From Methanothermococcus sp. Ax23 (GTDB taxonomy: Archaea > AGJL01 > Methanococci > Methanococcales > Methanococcaceae), in NCBI RefSeq assembly GCF_049075655.1, contig NZ_CP157522.1, positions 576,001 through 640,000 of the forward strand: a DNA stretch of 64,000 nucleotides, written 5' to 3'. Positions 19,996 through 30,504 of the stretch are shown here, piece by piece. Position 1 is the first letter of the stretch. Each line of letters opens with the position of its first letter. The notes under the pieces were generated by a model, which worked only from the letters and a program-made list of their open reading frames with translations, was not told the origin of the DNA and did not search any database. The position numbers and the translations under genes were made by a program.

Positions 19996-21417
19996 ATGAA
20001 AATCTACAACACATTAACAAAAAAGAAGGAAGAGTTTAATCCAATAGATGGGCATGAAGTTAAAATGTATGTTTGCGGACCTACGGTTTATGATTATGCC
20101 CATTTAGGTCATGGCAGAACCTATGTGGCATTTGATACTATTAGGCGATACCTTGAACATAAAAATTATATCGTCAAATTAATCATAAATTTCACAGATA
20201 TAGACGATAAAATTATAAATCGTGCAAATGAAAAAAGAATAACACCAAAAGAGCTCGCAGATAAATTCATAAAATCATTTTTGGAGGATATGGAAAAACT
20301 GAATATCAAACCAGCAGAGCTCTATCCCAGAGTTTCAGAACATGTGGATGACATAATAAAATTCATAGAAACACTTATAGAAAAGGGATATGCCTATGTG
20401 GCTGATGATGGGGTTTATTTTGATGTAAAAAAATTTGGAGACTATGGAAAACTGAGCAATATCAATTTAGATGAAATGATAGCGGGGCATAGGGTGGAAA
20501 AGAACCTAAAAAAGAAAAATCCAGAAGATTTTGCACTATGGAAGTTCGCCAAACCTAATGAACCAAAATGGGACAGTCCATGGGGTGAAGGGCGACCTGC
20601 ATGGCATATAGAATGTTCTGCAATGGGGATAAAATATTTAGGGGAACAGTTCGACATCCACGGCGGAGGAAACGATTTAATATTTCCGCACCACGAAAAT
20701 GAAATTGCTCAGAGTGAAGTTTATACAGGCAGAAGTCCTTGGGTAAAATACTGGATGCATACGGGATTTGTGATGGTAGATAGGGAAAAAATGAGCAAAA
20801 GTCTCGGAAATTTCATTACACTTAAAGATTTAATTGATAAGTATGATTCTGAGGTCATTAGGCTGTTCCTACTGCAAAGACACTATCGTTCCCCACTTGA
20901 TTACTCAGAAGAAGGATTACTTGATGCAAAAACCAATTTAGAAAAATTATACAACACCTTAAAAAATGTTGATGCAACTATTAGGAGCTCACATATAAAA
21001 CATAACTTGGATGACATTGATATAAAAACTTATGAAACCATTAGGAATGCTTGGATAAACTTTTATAACGCCATGGACGATGATTTCAATACACCAGAGG
21101 CACTTAAATATGTTTTCGAAGTTTCGAATGTCATAAATAGATATGTAAATACATCAAACAATCCAAACAAAAGTGTATTGACAAAGGCACTTGACTTCTT
21201 TAAAATGGTTGGAGAGATATTTGGAATCTTCAATAAGTTTGATAGCAAAGATAACGAAGGAATAGAAGAGGATTTAATAAATATTTTAATAAATATCCGT
21301 GCAAAGTTGAAAAAGGAAAAAAATTACAATTTGGCTGATGAAATAAGGGACGAATTAAAAAATATAGGTATTCAGCTGGAAGACAGCCCTAAGGGAACGA
21401 TTTGGAAAAAATTGTAG
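19996..21417 (+). CDS. cysS: Cysteinyl-tRNA synthetase (class I)
   Basis: YVCGPTVY, HLGH, WHIECS, KMSKS. Confidence 0.96.
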   Translation: MKIYNTLTKKKEEFNPIDGHEVKMYVCGPTVYDYAHLGHGRTYVAFDTIRRYLEHKNYIVKLIINFTDIDDKIINRANEKRITPKELADKFIKSFLEDMEKLNIKPAELYPRVSEHVDDIIKFIETLIEKGYAYVADDGVYFDVKKFGDYGKLSNINLDEMIAGHRVEKNLKKKNPEDFALWKFAKPNEPKWDSPWGEGRPAWHIECSAMGIKYLGEQFDIHGGGNDLIFPHHENEIAQSEVYTGRSPWVKYWMHTGFVMVDREKMSKSLGNFITLKDLIDKYDSEVIRLFLLQRHYRSPLDYSEEGLLDAKTNLEKLYNTLKNVDATIRSSHIKHNLDDIDIKTYETIRNAWINFYNAMDDDFNTPEALKYVFEVSNVINRYVNTSNNPNKSVLTKALDFFKMVGEIFGIFNKFDSKDNEGIEEDLINILINIRAKLKKEKNYNLADEIRDELKNIGIQLEDSPKGTIWKKL

Positions 21418-21457
21418 ATTATAATTATATAGATATAGGAACATATACGGGGATAAT

Positions 21458-22054
21458 TTGAGTAGCTACAAAACTATTGCAAAAGTGGGGAGCTCTAAAA
21501 AAGTGTTTAAAAATTCGGTATTTATTGGATACGCATCACCTGTAAAAAATGAAGAAGAAGCAAAAGACTTTATAAATAAGATAAAAAACCACCATAGCGA
21601 CGCAAATCACAATGTATATGCCTATATTGTAGATAATCATTTAAAATATGATGACGACGGTGAACCTAGTGGAAGTGCTGGAAAACCTATAATGAATATT
21701 TTAGAGCTCACCCACTTAAAGAACATTGTTGTAGTTGTGTCTAGATACTTTGGAGGTATAAAATTAGGATACGGCGGACTTGTGAGGGCATACAGCGATA
21801 CTGCAAAGGAAGCAGTGGAAAATGCAAAAATTATTGAAGTATTTGAAAAGGAGTGCTTCAAAGTAGAGCTCCCCTATAATTTATTAAGTATCGTAAAAAA
21901 GATAGTAATAGAAGAAAATGGAGAGGTTGTTAAGGAAGATTACGCAGATACCGTTGTTTTTACCATTGCAGTGAGAAAGGGGACTGCTGAGAAGGTTATA
22001 AAAAAATTAATTGACCATACCAAAGGGAATATAAAAATAAAAAATAATAAATAA
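21458..22054 (+). CDS. YigZ/IMPACT family protein
   Basis: DDGEPSGSAG, RYFGGIKLG.GGLVRAY; TTG start. Confidence 0.9.
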   Translation: MSSYKTIAKVGSSKKVFKNSVFIGYASPVKNEEEAKDFINKIKNHHSDANHNVYAYIVDNHLKYDDDGEPSGSAGKPIMNILELTHLKNIVVVVSRYFGGIKLGYGGLVRAYSDTAKEAVENAKIIEVFEKECFKVELPYNLLSIVKKIVIEENGEVVKEDYADTVVFTIAVRKGTAEKVIKKLIDHTKGNIKIKNNK

Positions 22055-22132
22055 AAATAAAAAAACAAAAATAAAACTTAACTAAAAAATAAAAAAATAA
22101 TGAAAGAAAAAGAATGAAAAGAAGATGATAAT

Positions 22133-24016
22133 ATGAAAAAATATTTTTTATTATTTTTATTATTGATAATACCGGTGAGTGTTGCAGATGTTTCAATTGT
22201 AGCACCAGCAGTTGCTGAAACAGATTATGGATATGTAGGAGCTCCTGTAAATATAGATGTGAAAGTATCAAAAGGAAACGGACATATATTTATGGACACT
22301 ATGCCTATGACACAGCTTGATATGCAGGGCTCGGCAAGAATAGCCGCAAAGGTAGCCTTTGATATATGTGGAAAAAATCAGAAGGATTATGATATATACT
22401 ATGTTGTTAGGTCTGATGTTCCAGTAATTGGAGGTCCATCAGCAGGAGCCACATTATGTGTAGCTACAATAGCATCGTTGAACAATTGGAGCATAAATAA
22501 AAATGTCATGATGACTGGAATGATTAACCCCGATGGAAGTATAGGTCCAGTGGGAGGAATATTAGAAAAGATGAAAGCCGCAAAATCCATGAATGTAGAT
22601 TATTTTTTAATTCCTTCCGGAGAAAGATATGTTAAGGCAGATTTAAATGAAGCTGACAATAATACGGTAGATGCAGTAGAATACGGTAAAAGTTTAGGGA
22701 TAAAAGTTATAGAGGTTAAAAGCATATACGATGCAGTTTATTACTTTACAAACCATAAAATCATAGAAAGAAATTACGAACCAAATCCCATAATTAAAAA
22801 CATCTACGATAATAAGATGGAAAATTTATCCAATAAGGTCTTAAAACAAACTAAAAACAATTACAATTATGTAGAAAATAGGCTAAATTATGAATACAAA
22901 TACAACACTCGAATAAACTACGATTTAAAGAAAGAGTTAGATACCAAATTAAAAACTTCAAAAACTAATATGGAATTAGCAAACAGCCTTTATATAAATA
23001 AATCATATTATGCCGCAACTTCAAAGGCTTTTGGAGCATTGATAACACTTGAAAGTATCAACACAACATTAAATTACATCGACAGCGATGATGGAAAGGA
23101 CTACCTAAAAAAATATCTTTTAAGCGTTCAGAATGAATTGGACAATGAGAAAATATTAATAAATAATAAAAATTTATCAAAAAATAACATAGAATACATT
23201 ATCGCATCTAAAAGTAGAATCTATGAATCAGAGGAGCTCATCGATAATGCATGGAAAGAATACTATAATAACAAACCACTATCTGCAATAGAATATGGGG
23301 CTTATGCAAAATTAAGGGGAAAAAGTGCCATTTGGTGGCTAAATTTAAATGATAATAATAATTATAATAAAAATGGCAATAAAAATATCGAAAATGAATT
23401 AATAAACGAATCTGATTTAAAATATCTTGCTCAGGAATATCTCGATAATTCAGAGATTGTTGTGCTATATTCTTCGATGGTATTGCCAACAGCTTTAACA
23501 AATGATGCTATGAAAAATTTAGATGATGCAAAAAAGTATTACAATCAAAAGGAATATTTGCTGTCAATTTCAAAAAGTATTGATGCCTATGTATATGCCA
23601 CAACTTCACTTAACTATATGGAAGATACCGATTATTTAAAAAAACTGGCAGAAAAAAAGATAAATTTAGCAGAAAATTATGATGATGGATGTATTCCAGT
23701 ATCTGCACTGGGGTATTACGAATATGCCAATACATTTAACGATAAAATGTCAAAAATATTATATTACAAATACAGCATAGCTTATGCTCAAATGAATATC
23801 GATGTATTGAATGAATTGAATGGCAACATTTCAAAAGTTGTAGAATACGACGAGAGCTCTACATTTACAGAAGACAGTCCTATAAATAATAATATTGAAA
23901 CGAGCACAAACGCCAAATACAATATAACATTAAATATGGCATTTTTAGCTTTGGGATTATCCTGTGGAGTGTTTGCAGGATATCTTTTAGGTAGAAGGAA
24001 CAGGGATGACGAATAA
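22133..24016 (+). CDS. Secreted, membrane-anchored Lon-like (S16) serine protease
   Basis: Signal peptide, GGPSAG, PVGGILEK dyad, C-terminal TM helix. Confidence 0.88.
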   Translation: MKKYFLLFLLLIIPVSVADVSIVAPAVAETDYGYVGAPVNIDVKVSKGNGHIFMDTMPMTQLDMQGSARIAAKVAFDICGKNQKDYDIYYVVRSDVPVIGGPSAGATLCVATIASLNNWSINKNVMMTGMINPDGSIGPVGGILEKMKAAKSMNVDYFLIPSGERYVKADLNEADNNTVDAVEYGKSLGIKVIEVKSIYDAVYYFTNHKIIERNYEPNPIIKNIYDNKMENLSNKVLKQTKNNYNYVENRLNYEYKYNTRINYDLKKELDTKLKTSKTNMELANSLYINKSYYAATSKAFGALITLESINTTLNYIDSDDGKDYLKKYLLSVQNELDNEKILINNKNLSKNNIEYIIASKSRIYESEELIDNAWKEYYNNKPLSAIEYGAYAKLRGKSAIWWLNLNDNNNYNKNGNKNIENELINESDLKYLAQEYLDNSEIVVLYSSMVLPTALTNDAMKNLDDAKKYYNQKEYLLSISKSIDAYVYATTSLNYMEDTDYLKKLAEKKINLAENYDDGCIPVSALGYYEYANTFNDKMSKILYYKYSIAYAQMNIDVLNELNGNISKVVEYDESSTFTEDSPINNNIETSTNAKYNITLNMAFLALGLSCGVFAGYLLGRRNRDDE

Positions 24017-24105
24017 ACAAAAAAGTAATATCAATAAATAATGAATAATAAATAATAAAAGCAATACTGGATAAATATAATATAAAAGGTAAATAATGTG
24101 ATACT

Positions 24106-24882
24106 ATGGAAAAACCGATTATTTGCAGAATAAAAGAGATAATAGAGGAAAGTCCTACTGTAAAAACATTTATACTTGATAAATATTTTGATTTCAAAGC
24201 AGGTCAGTTTGCCATGGTGTGGATTCCAGAGGTAAATGAAAAACCACTTGGATTGTTAAAAACCAAAAATTCCATAAGCTTTGGCGTGGCAAAAGTTGGA
24301 GAATTCACCGAAAAAATGCACAGTTTAAAAGAAGGGGATTTAATCGGTGTAAGGGGACCTTATGGAACATCCTTTGAACCATTAGGGGACAAAGTCCTTG
24401 CAGTTGCAGGGGGAATTGGAAGCGTTCCAATATTAAGTGCTGTGGAGGAATTTTTAAAAAAGGGCATATCCATTACTACAATACTTGGGGGAAGAACAAA
24501 AGATGAATTATTATATTTGGATAGATTTCAAAAATGCGGAAAACTTCATCCATGCACAGATGATGGAAGTTTTGGATATAATGGATTTACAACGGATAAG
24601 ATGGAAGAAATACTAAAAAATGAAAAATTCGATTTAATAATTACCTGCGGACCTGAAATAATGATGAAAAAAGTTGTAGATATTGCAAATAAATACAATA
24701 TTCCTGTTCAGGTTTCATTGGAACGGTATATGAAGTGCGGTATTGGAATCTGCGGACAGTGTGCTGTTGATGATGAAGGACTCTGTGTCTGTAAGGATGG
24801 TCCAGTATTCTGGGGAGATAAATTAAAATACATATCCGAGTTTGGAAAGTATAAAAGGGATGCCAGCGGTAAGATTGTTTAA
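24106..24882 (+). CDS. pyrK: Dihydroorotate dehydrogenase electron transfer subunit
   Basis: RGPYG, AGGIG, CGP, MKCGIGICGQC...C..GP. Confidence 0.92.
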   Translation: MEKPIICRIKEIIEESPTVKTFILDKYFDFKAGQFAMVWIPEVNEKPLGLLKTKNSISFGVAKVGEFTEKMHSLKEGDLIGVRGPYGTSFEPLGDKVLAVAGGIGSVPILSAVEEFLKKGISITTILGGRTKDELLYLDRFQKCGKLHPCTDDGSFGYNGFTTDKMEEILKNEKFDLIITCGPEIMMKKVVDIANKYNIPVQVSLERYMKCGIGICGQCAVDDEGLCVCKDGPVFWGDKLKYISEFGKYKRDASGKIV

Positions 24883-24899
24883 AATATAAGGGTGATATT

Positions 24900-25385
24900 A
24901 TCATTATCGGAGCTCAGGTATCAAAAAACTTCGTAAATACAAAAGATGACATACAAATACAGCAATGTGGAATTGATTTAAGAGTTGGAAAAATATTCAA
25001 ATTGAAAGGAAATGGAACACTTGATTATACCAATGAAAAAAGGGAGCTCCCCAATTACATTGAAATATTCGACTCTGAAAAGGACGAAAAAATTGAATTG
25101 GATGTTGGCATATATACAGTTCAAATAGCAGACAGGGTAAAAATCCCAAATAATACAGCAGGTTTTGCCTATCCAAGAAGTAGCCTACTAAGGATGGGAT
25201 GCACCATTTACACCGCAGTTCATGACCCAGGATATGAAGGTTATCCTACCTATTTAATGCATGTTTTGAACCCAATTACCATTTATAAAGATGCGAGAAT
25301 TGCTCAAATCGTTTATATTGAATGCAATGAAGTAAATGGAGAATATGAAGGAATATACAACGAAAAAAATAAAAATAAGGAATAA
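24900..25385 (+). CDS. Trimeric dUTPase/dCTP deaminase family protein (probable non-AUG start)
   Basis: PRSSLLR, HDPGYEG, RIAQ; frame extends upstream of the called TTG (25002) through QQCGIDLRV to ATC 24900 behind GGTGA. Confidence 0.85.
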   Translation: MIIGAQVSKNFVNTKDDIQIQQCGIDLRVGKIFKLKGNGTLDYTNEKRELPNYIEIFDSEKDEKIELDVGIYTVQIADRVKIPNNTAGFAYPRSSLLRMGCTIYTAVHDPGYEGYPTYLMHVLNPITIYKDARIAQIVYIECNEVNGEYEGIYNEKNKNKE

Positions 25386-25441
25386 TAAATAAAAAATAAA
25401 TAAAAAAGGAAATTAAAAATAATGGCTAAAAAAATAAAAAA

Positions 25442-26701
25442 TTAATAACTGTCAAACCTGCTAATTTCTGTTATTTCTCCAACTAAATTTTTATTCATCA
25501 ACTCTTTTGCCTTTTCTATGTCATAGTTGCCCAATAAATACATCATTTTAACCAGTGCAACTTCTGGAAGCATATCTTCACATCCGATTACTCCCAATTT
25601 TTGGAGCTCCCTTCCGTTTGAATAGACATTCATATTTATTCTTCCGTTTATGGTTTGGGTAGCCATTGCCACTAAAACGCCGTTATCTGTTGCATATTTT
25701 ATATTTTCGAATATTGTTTCAGGAGTGTGTCCCAATCCTGTTCCTTCAATCACAATTCCCTTGTATCCATTATCCACATAGTAGTTTATGATATTTCCAT
25801 CGATTCCCGGATATATTTTTATTAAAGCTACTTTTTCTTCTAAATTGGTGTTAATAGCTATGTTTTTTCCTTCGCTTTTCTTTATATCTCTTAAATATTC
25901 AATCTCCTTTGTGAATGGATTTATTTTTGCAACAGGGATATTATTTATCGATTTAAAGGCATCTCTTCTTGATGAATGGGACTTCCTAACCTTCACCCCT
26001 TCATGCAGATAGCAGAATGTATCCCCACTTTCCCCATGCATAACAACATAAACTCCCTTAATTGGTTGAGTGGATGCAATTACAGCACTTATAAGGTTCA
26101 ATGCCGCATCTGATGAAGGTCTATCGCTACTTCGCTGAGCTCCCACGAGAACTATTGGAACATCTGCATCAATCATAAAGGATAAGGCACTTGCTGTGTA
26201 GTGCATGGTGTCTGTTCCATGAGCTATTACAATTCCATCTGCACCGTTTTCAATTTCCTTCTTAATCTCTTCTGCAATCATCTTCCAATAGGTTGGTGTC
26301 ATATTTTCGCTTAATATGTTTAAAACAGCCTTACTATTTATATTTGCAATATCCAACAATTCAGGAACTGCCCTTATTAAATCGTCAGCTGTGAAAGCTG
26401 GATGAACGGCACCTGTGTTATAATCCACCCTTGAAGCTACTGTTCCACCAGTTGATAGAATTGATATGTTTTTTAAATCCTCTTTTTTCTCAATTTCCAA
26501 TGGTGGAAGTTTGTATGTTGGTTTTTCCCCTTTGTTTATTAATTCTATTGATTTAATTTTATTCTTTGAAATGCCTATGTTGTATCCATTTTTCATTTTA
26601 ATTACTATGATATTTTCATCCAAAGACGGCATTATAGTTCCAGTATAGTCCGTATTTTCCGTTTTTATAGTTATTAAATCTCCAATATTATAATCATCCA
26701 T
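25442..26701 (-). CDS. gatD: Glu-tRNA(Gln) amidotransferase subunit D
   Basis: [28 protein letters not shown]. Confidence 0.95.
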   Translation of the reverse strand: MDDYNIGDLITIKTENTDYTGTIMPSLDENIIVIKMKNGYNIGISKNKIKSIELINKGEKPTYKLPPLEIEKKEDLKNISILSTGGTVASRVDYNTGAVHPAFTADDLIRAVPELLDIANINSKAVLNILSENMTPTYWKMIAEEIKKEIENGADGIVIAHGTDTMHYTASALSFMIDADVPIVLVGAQRSSDRPSSDAALNLISAVIASTQPIKGVYVVMHGESGDTFCYLHEGVKVRKSHSSRRDAFKSINNIPVAKINPFTKEIEYLRDIKKSEGKNIAINTNLEEKVALIKIYPGIDGNIINYYVDNGYKGIVIEGTGLGHTPETIFENIKYATDNGVLVAMATQTINGRINMNVYSNGRELQKLGVIGCEDMLPEVALVKMMYLLGNYDIEKAKELMNKNLVGEITEISRFDSY

Positions 26702-26841
26702 GATTTCACCGATAAAAATTGAAACTAAAAAATATAAAAAATAGATATAAAAAAATAAATTAATTTGGTTTTTTAATTGTTATTTAATTAATTATTTATC
26801 ATTTAATTATTATTAAATTATTACCTATTGTTTATAATATT

Positions 26842-27894
26842 TTACAAATATTTCTTAACATAGAGCTCAGCATTTAAAACACTTGCACCAGCCGCTCCCC
26901 TGATGGTGTTGTGTTCAAGAGCTGTATATTTAACTGTAAATATTGGGTCTTTTCTAATTCTTCCAACGCTTATAGACATACCATTACCTGCATCCCTGTC
27001 CAATCTTGGCTGAGGTCTGTCGAGCTCATCTCTAATAACAATAGGCTTCGCATAAGTTGGAAGGTCGTATTCTTTTAATGGGTCGAATTTATCCATGACT
27101 TCTTTAATTTCTTCTGGTTCTGCCTCTTCCTTAGTTTTAACAAATATGCTTTCTGTATGGCCATCAATTACAGGAACCCTATTGCATGAAACTCCGATTT
27201 TAAAATCTGCGTCTATAAATTTGCAGTTTTCTTTATCCATGGCTCCCAATAGCTTTAAACTTTCAGTTTGCATTTTCTCTTCTTCGCTTCCAATGTATGG
27301 GATTAAGTTATCAAGTATTGCCATGGATGGAACTCCGTTGTATCCTGCCCCACTGATTGCCTGCATTGTAGTAATATTTACCAAATCAAGCCCAAATTTA
27401 TCCATTATTGGCTTCAATGTAATCACTGCCCCTATTGTAGAACAGTTAGGGTTTGTAATTATCGCACCATCCCAGTTTCTGTTTTCCCTCTGAACCTCAA
27501 TCATTTCAAAATGTTCAGGATTTACCTCAGGAATAATAAGTGGAACATCATTTTCCATTCTCATAGCTGACGCGTTTGAGAAAACCAGTTTTCCAGCTTT
27601 TGCAAATTCTGGTTCCAATTTTTTTGCCAAATCTGATGGAAGTGCTGAAAATACAATATCTACATCTTCAAATGCCTCGTGGTTTGCATCTGTTGGAACT
27701 ACAATTTTGTTTGCCAATTCTTCTGGAATTGGTTCTGATTGATACCAATAACAGGCGTCAGCGTATTTTTTTCCCGCACTTCTCTGTGATGCGGCCAAAA
27801 CTTCCAAATCAAATATAGGATGGTTTTCAAGCATCTGGATAAATCTTTGCCCAACATTACCTGTTGCTCCTAAAATACCTACTTTTATATTCAT
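26842..27894 (-). CDS. asd: Aspartate-semialdehyde dehydrogenase
   Basis: [31 protein letters not shown]; start ATG 27894. Confidence 0.95.
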   Translation of the reverse strand: MNIKVGILGATGNVGQRFIQMLENHPIFDLEVLAASQRSAGKKYADACYWYQSEPIPEELANKIVVPTDANHEAFEDVDIVFSALPSDLAKKLEPEFAKAGKLVFSNASAMRMENDVPLIIPEVNPEHFEMIEVQRENRNWDGAIITNPNCSTIGAVITLKPIMDKFGLDLVNITTMQAISGAGYNGVPSMAILDNLIPYIGSEEEKMQTESLKLLGAMDKENCKFIDADFKIGVSCNRVPVIDGHTESIFVKTKEEAEPEEIKEVMDKFDPLKEYDLPTYAKPIVIRDELDRPQPRLDRDAGNGMSISVGRIRKDPIFTVKYTALEHNTIRGAAGASVLNAELYVKKYL

Positions 27895-28061
27895 TTTTTT
27901 CACCAAAATTACTTATAAAATTAGAACATTAAACATATAATTATGATTATATTATAATGTACTTTATTATATATATTTTAGTCAATGATGATTATTGAAT
28001 TTAATAAGTTAGGATTTAAACATGCGGATAAATAATAAAATGGAAATTTACTGGTGTTAAA

Positions 28062-29246
28062 ATGGATAACAGTGATAAAGTAGTGATTACAGCGGATGAA
28101 TTAAAAAAAATGATTAGAAACAATGAAGAGGACAAAATAGATGAAATAGATATAGTAACCACTGCAACATGCGGAATAATGTCTGGAACCATGGCGGTTT
28201 TCCATATTCCAATTGCAGACAGTGGAACATTTAGAAAGGCGGAAAAGATTTATTTAAACGGCATAGAAGGTTATGTGGGACCATGTCCAAATGAATATTT
28301 GGGTAGTGTGGATGCAGTAGTCTATGGGACAAATTATACTGGTGAATATGGTGGAGGATTTTTATTTAAAGATTTAGTATCTGGAAAAGAGATTGAAGCT
28401 GTTGTGGAAAGTGGGGGAAAAACGTATGAGAAAACATTATCATTGGAGGACATTCCAACAGCAAAAATGATTGGAACTAGAATGGCATTTAAAAACTATG
28501 TGGCAATTACGAATTTAAGTGATGAGTCTGTAAAAACCATATTCCATAGAAGAAGGTTAAAAAAAGGAGAGGCATCATTTTCTGGATGTGGTGAAATAAA
28601 TCCACTTCAAAATATGAAATGTGATGAAAAGGAATTATTTGGAAAAAAAATTCTATTAAACGGTGCAGAAGGACTTATACTAGGATATGGAACAAGACAT
28701 TCTCAAAATAAACCAAATATAATGATATCTGCTGATATGCACGATATGGATGCCTATTATTTAGGTGGATTTATCACTTCTGGTGGTGTAGAGGTATTCA
28801 ATACTATAGCTGTTCCCATTGAAGTAAATGAAAAAAACAAGGAGTATTTAAAAACACTTGATGAAAACATCGAGCTCCCACTAACAAATATAATCGGTAG
28901 AGTTCCCGTGGGAACTGGAAAATATTCAGAAGTATGGAAAGATGCAGAATTGAGGCCAAAAGTTGATATATATAGGTGCAGAAACTGCGATACATGTATT
29001 GCAGAGGAATTATGCCCTACAAAAGCCATAAAAAGAATTGAACATTTAGGTGGTAGGCGTCTTCCAAATGAAAACTGCTTTGGATGTGGGGTCTGTGTAG
29101 AGGCATGCCCTTATGGAATATACCAAATGAAGAGAAACAGTATATTGGATATCCCCATTACATGCAGACAGTCAGATAGGGAGCGAGCTCTGAAACTTGC
29201 TAAGGATTTGAAAAGAAGAATAGAAAAAGGAGAATTTAAATTATAA
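28062..29246 (+). CDS. Methanogenesis marker 16 metalloprotein (DUF39-like + ferredoxin domain)
   Basis: DIVTTATCGIMSGT, GPCPNE, two CxxCxxCxxxCP motifs, CRQSDR. Confidence 0.85.
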   Translation: MDNSDKVVITADELKKMIRNNEEDKIDEIDIVTTATCGIMSGTMAVFHIPIADSGTFRKAEKIYLNGIEGYVGPCPNEYLGSVDAVVYGTNYTGEYGGGFLFKDLVSGKEIEAVVESGGKTYEKTLSLEDIPTAKMIGTRMAFKNYVAITNLSDESVKTIFHRRRLKKGEASFSGCGEINPLQNMKCDEKELFGKKILLNGAEGLILGYGTRHSQNKPNIMISADMHDMDAYYLGGFITSGGVEVFNTIAVPIEVNEKNKEYLKTLDENIELPLTNIIGRVPVGTGKYSEVWKDAELRPKVDIYRCRNCDTCIAEELCPTKAIKRIEHLGGRRLPNENCFGCGVCVEACPYGIYQMKRNSILDIPITCRQSDRERALKLAKDLKRRIEKGEFKL

Positions 29247-29325
29247 CCTGCTTAATATTCCATCCATAATTCCCATCTTATATATTTATTTTTAATTGTT
29301 ATCGAAGCAAATTTTCAAGTTGCTG

Positions 29326-29410
29326 TCTCACGAAAACGAAGGTTTTCGTCGAGATTCACAAAAATATTGGTTTTTGTCGAACTTATAAAAACCTAAGGAG
29401 TTTTGTCAAG
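29326..29410 (+). repeat. Three tandem degenerate palindromic units (27-29 bp)
   Basis: TCTCACGAAAACGAAGGTTTTCGTCGAGA / TTCACAAAAATATTGGTTTTTGTCGAA / CTTATAAAAACCTAAGGAGTTTTGTCAAG. Confidence 0.7.
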
Positions 29411-29604
29411 TTTTTTATATTCCTTATTTTTAATATTATTTATTTATAATAATATGATATCTTCGTATATTTAGGTATTAACATATTACTAAATTATTTA
29501 ATATCTGTAATAACGATTTAAAATAGCAATTCTTAAATATAATATCATTAAAAATAATAGTAGTGGTATAATCAATAATAATCAAATGAAAAATCGGTGG
29601 TAAA

Positions 29605-30438
29605 ATGGTTGTAAAAATAGGCATTATTAAATGTGGAAATATTGGGATGTCTCCGGTAATTGATTTAGCATTGGATGAGAGGGCGGATAGAAAAGATATC
29701 GATGTTAGAGTTATTGGAAGTGGGGCAAAGATGGGTCCTGAACAGGTGGAGGAAGTAACTACAAAAATGGTTGAGGAAATAAAACCCGATTTTATAATAT
29801 ATATCGGACCAAACCCAGCAGCACCAGGCCCAAAAAAAGCAAGAGAAATTTTAAGTACATGTGATATTCCATCAGTTATCATTGGTGATGCACCTGGTTT
29901 AAAAGCAAAAGATGAGATTGCCGAACAAGGACTTGGATATATCATTATAAAATGCGACCCAATGATTGGTGCAAGAAGGCAATTTTTAGACCCTGTTGAA
30001 ATGGCTATGTTCAATGCAGATGTTTTAAGAGTGTTGGCTGGAACAGGTGCATTAAGGGTTGTTCAAAATGCAATTGACGCCATGATTGATGCAGTTAAAG
30101 AAGGAAAAGAAATTGAATTACCAAAAATAGTCATAAATGAAACAAAAGCAGTAGAGGCTATGGAATTTACAAATCCAAACGCAAAAGCAAAAGCGATGGC
30201 AGCATTTGTCATGGCTGAAAAGGTTGGAGATGTGGATGTTAAAGGATGCTTCATGACAAAAGAGATGGAAAAATACATCCCAATTGTAGCCTCTGCTCAT
30301 GAAATGATAAGATATGCGGCTAAATTAGTAGATGAAGCAAGAGAATTAGAAAAAGCTATGGATGCTGTGAGCAGAAAACCGCATGCAGCAGATGGAAAAA
30401 TATTAAGTAAAACAAAATTAATGGAAAAACCAGAATAA
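29605..30438 (+). CDS. mtd: F420-dependent methylenetetrahydromethanopterin dehydrogenase
   Basis: KCGNIG, LDERADR, GSGAKM, DPMIGARR, SAHEM. Confidence 0.96.
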   Translation: MVVKIGIIKCGNIGMSPVIDLALDERADRKDIDVRVIGSGAKMGPEQVEEVTTKMVEEIKPDFIIYIGPNPAAPGPKKAREILSTCDIPSVIIGDAPGLKAKDEIAEQGLGYIIIKCDPMIGARRQFLDPVEMAMFNADVLRVLAGTGALRVVQNAIDAMIDAVKEGKEIELPKIVINETKAVEAMEFTNPNAKAKAMAAFVMAEKVGDVDVKGCFMTKEMEKYIPIVASAHEMIRYAAKLVDEARELEKAMDAVSRKPHAADGKILSKTKLMEKPE

Positions 30439-30504
30439 AGTAAATTTTATTATTTAATTATATTTTATTTTTATTTATTGTTGTTTTTGTATTTTATTAT
30501 TTTT

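Noticed and set aside
19996-21417. Canonical CysRS in a methanococcus
   Set aside because: Already known in Methanococcus maripaludis alongside the SepRS route.
29326-29410. Mini CRISPR array
   Set aside because: Units abut with no spacers and are divergent.
29478-30014. Long antisense ORFs (this one, 45078-45641, 54665-55264 and others)
   Set aside because: Shadows of well-supported genes on the other strand, without motifs.
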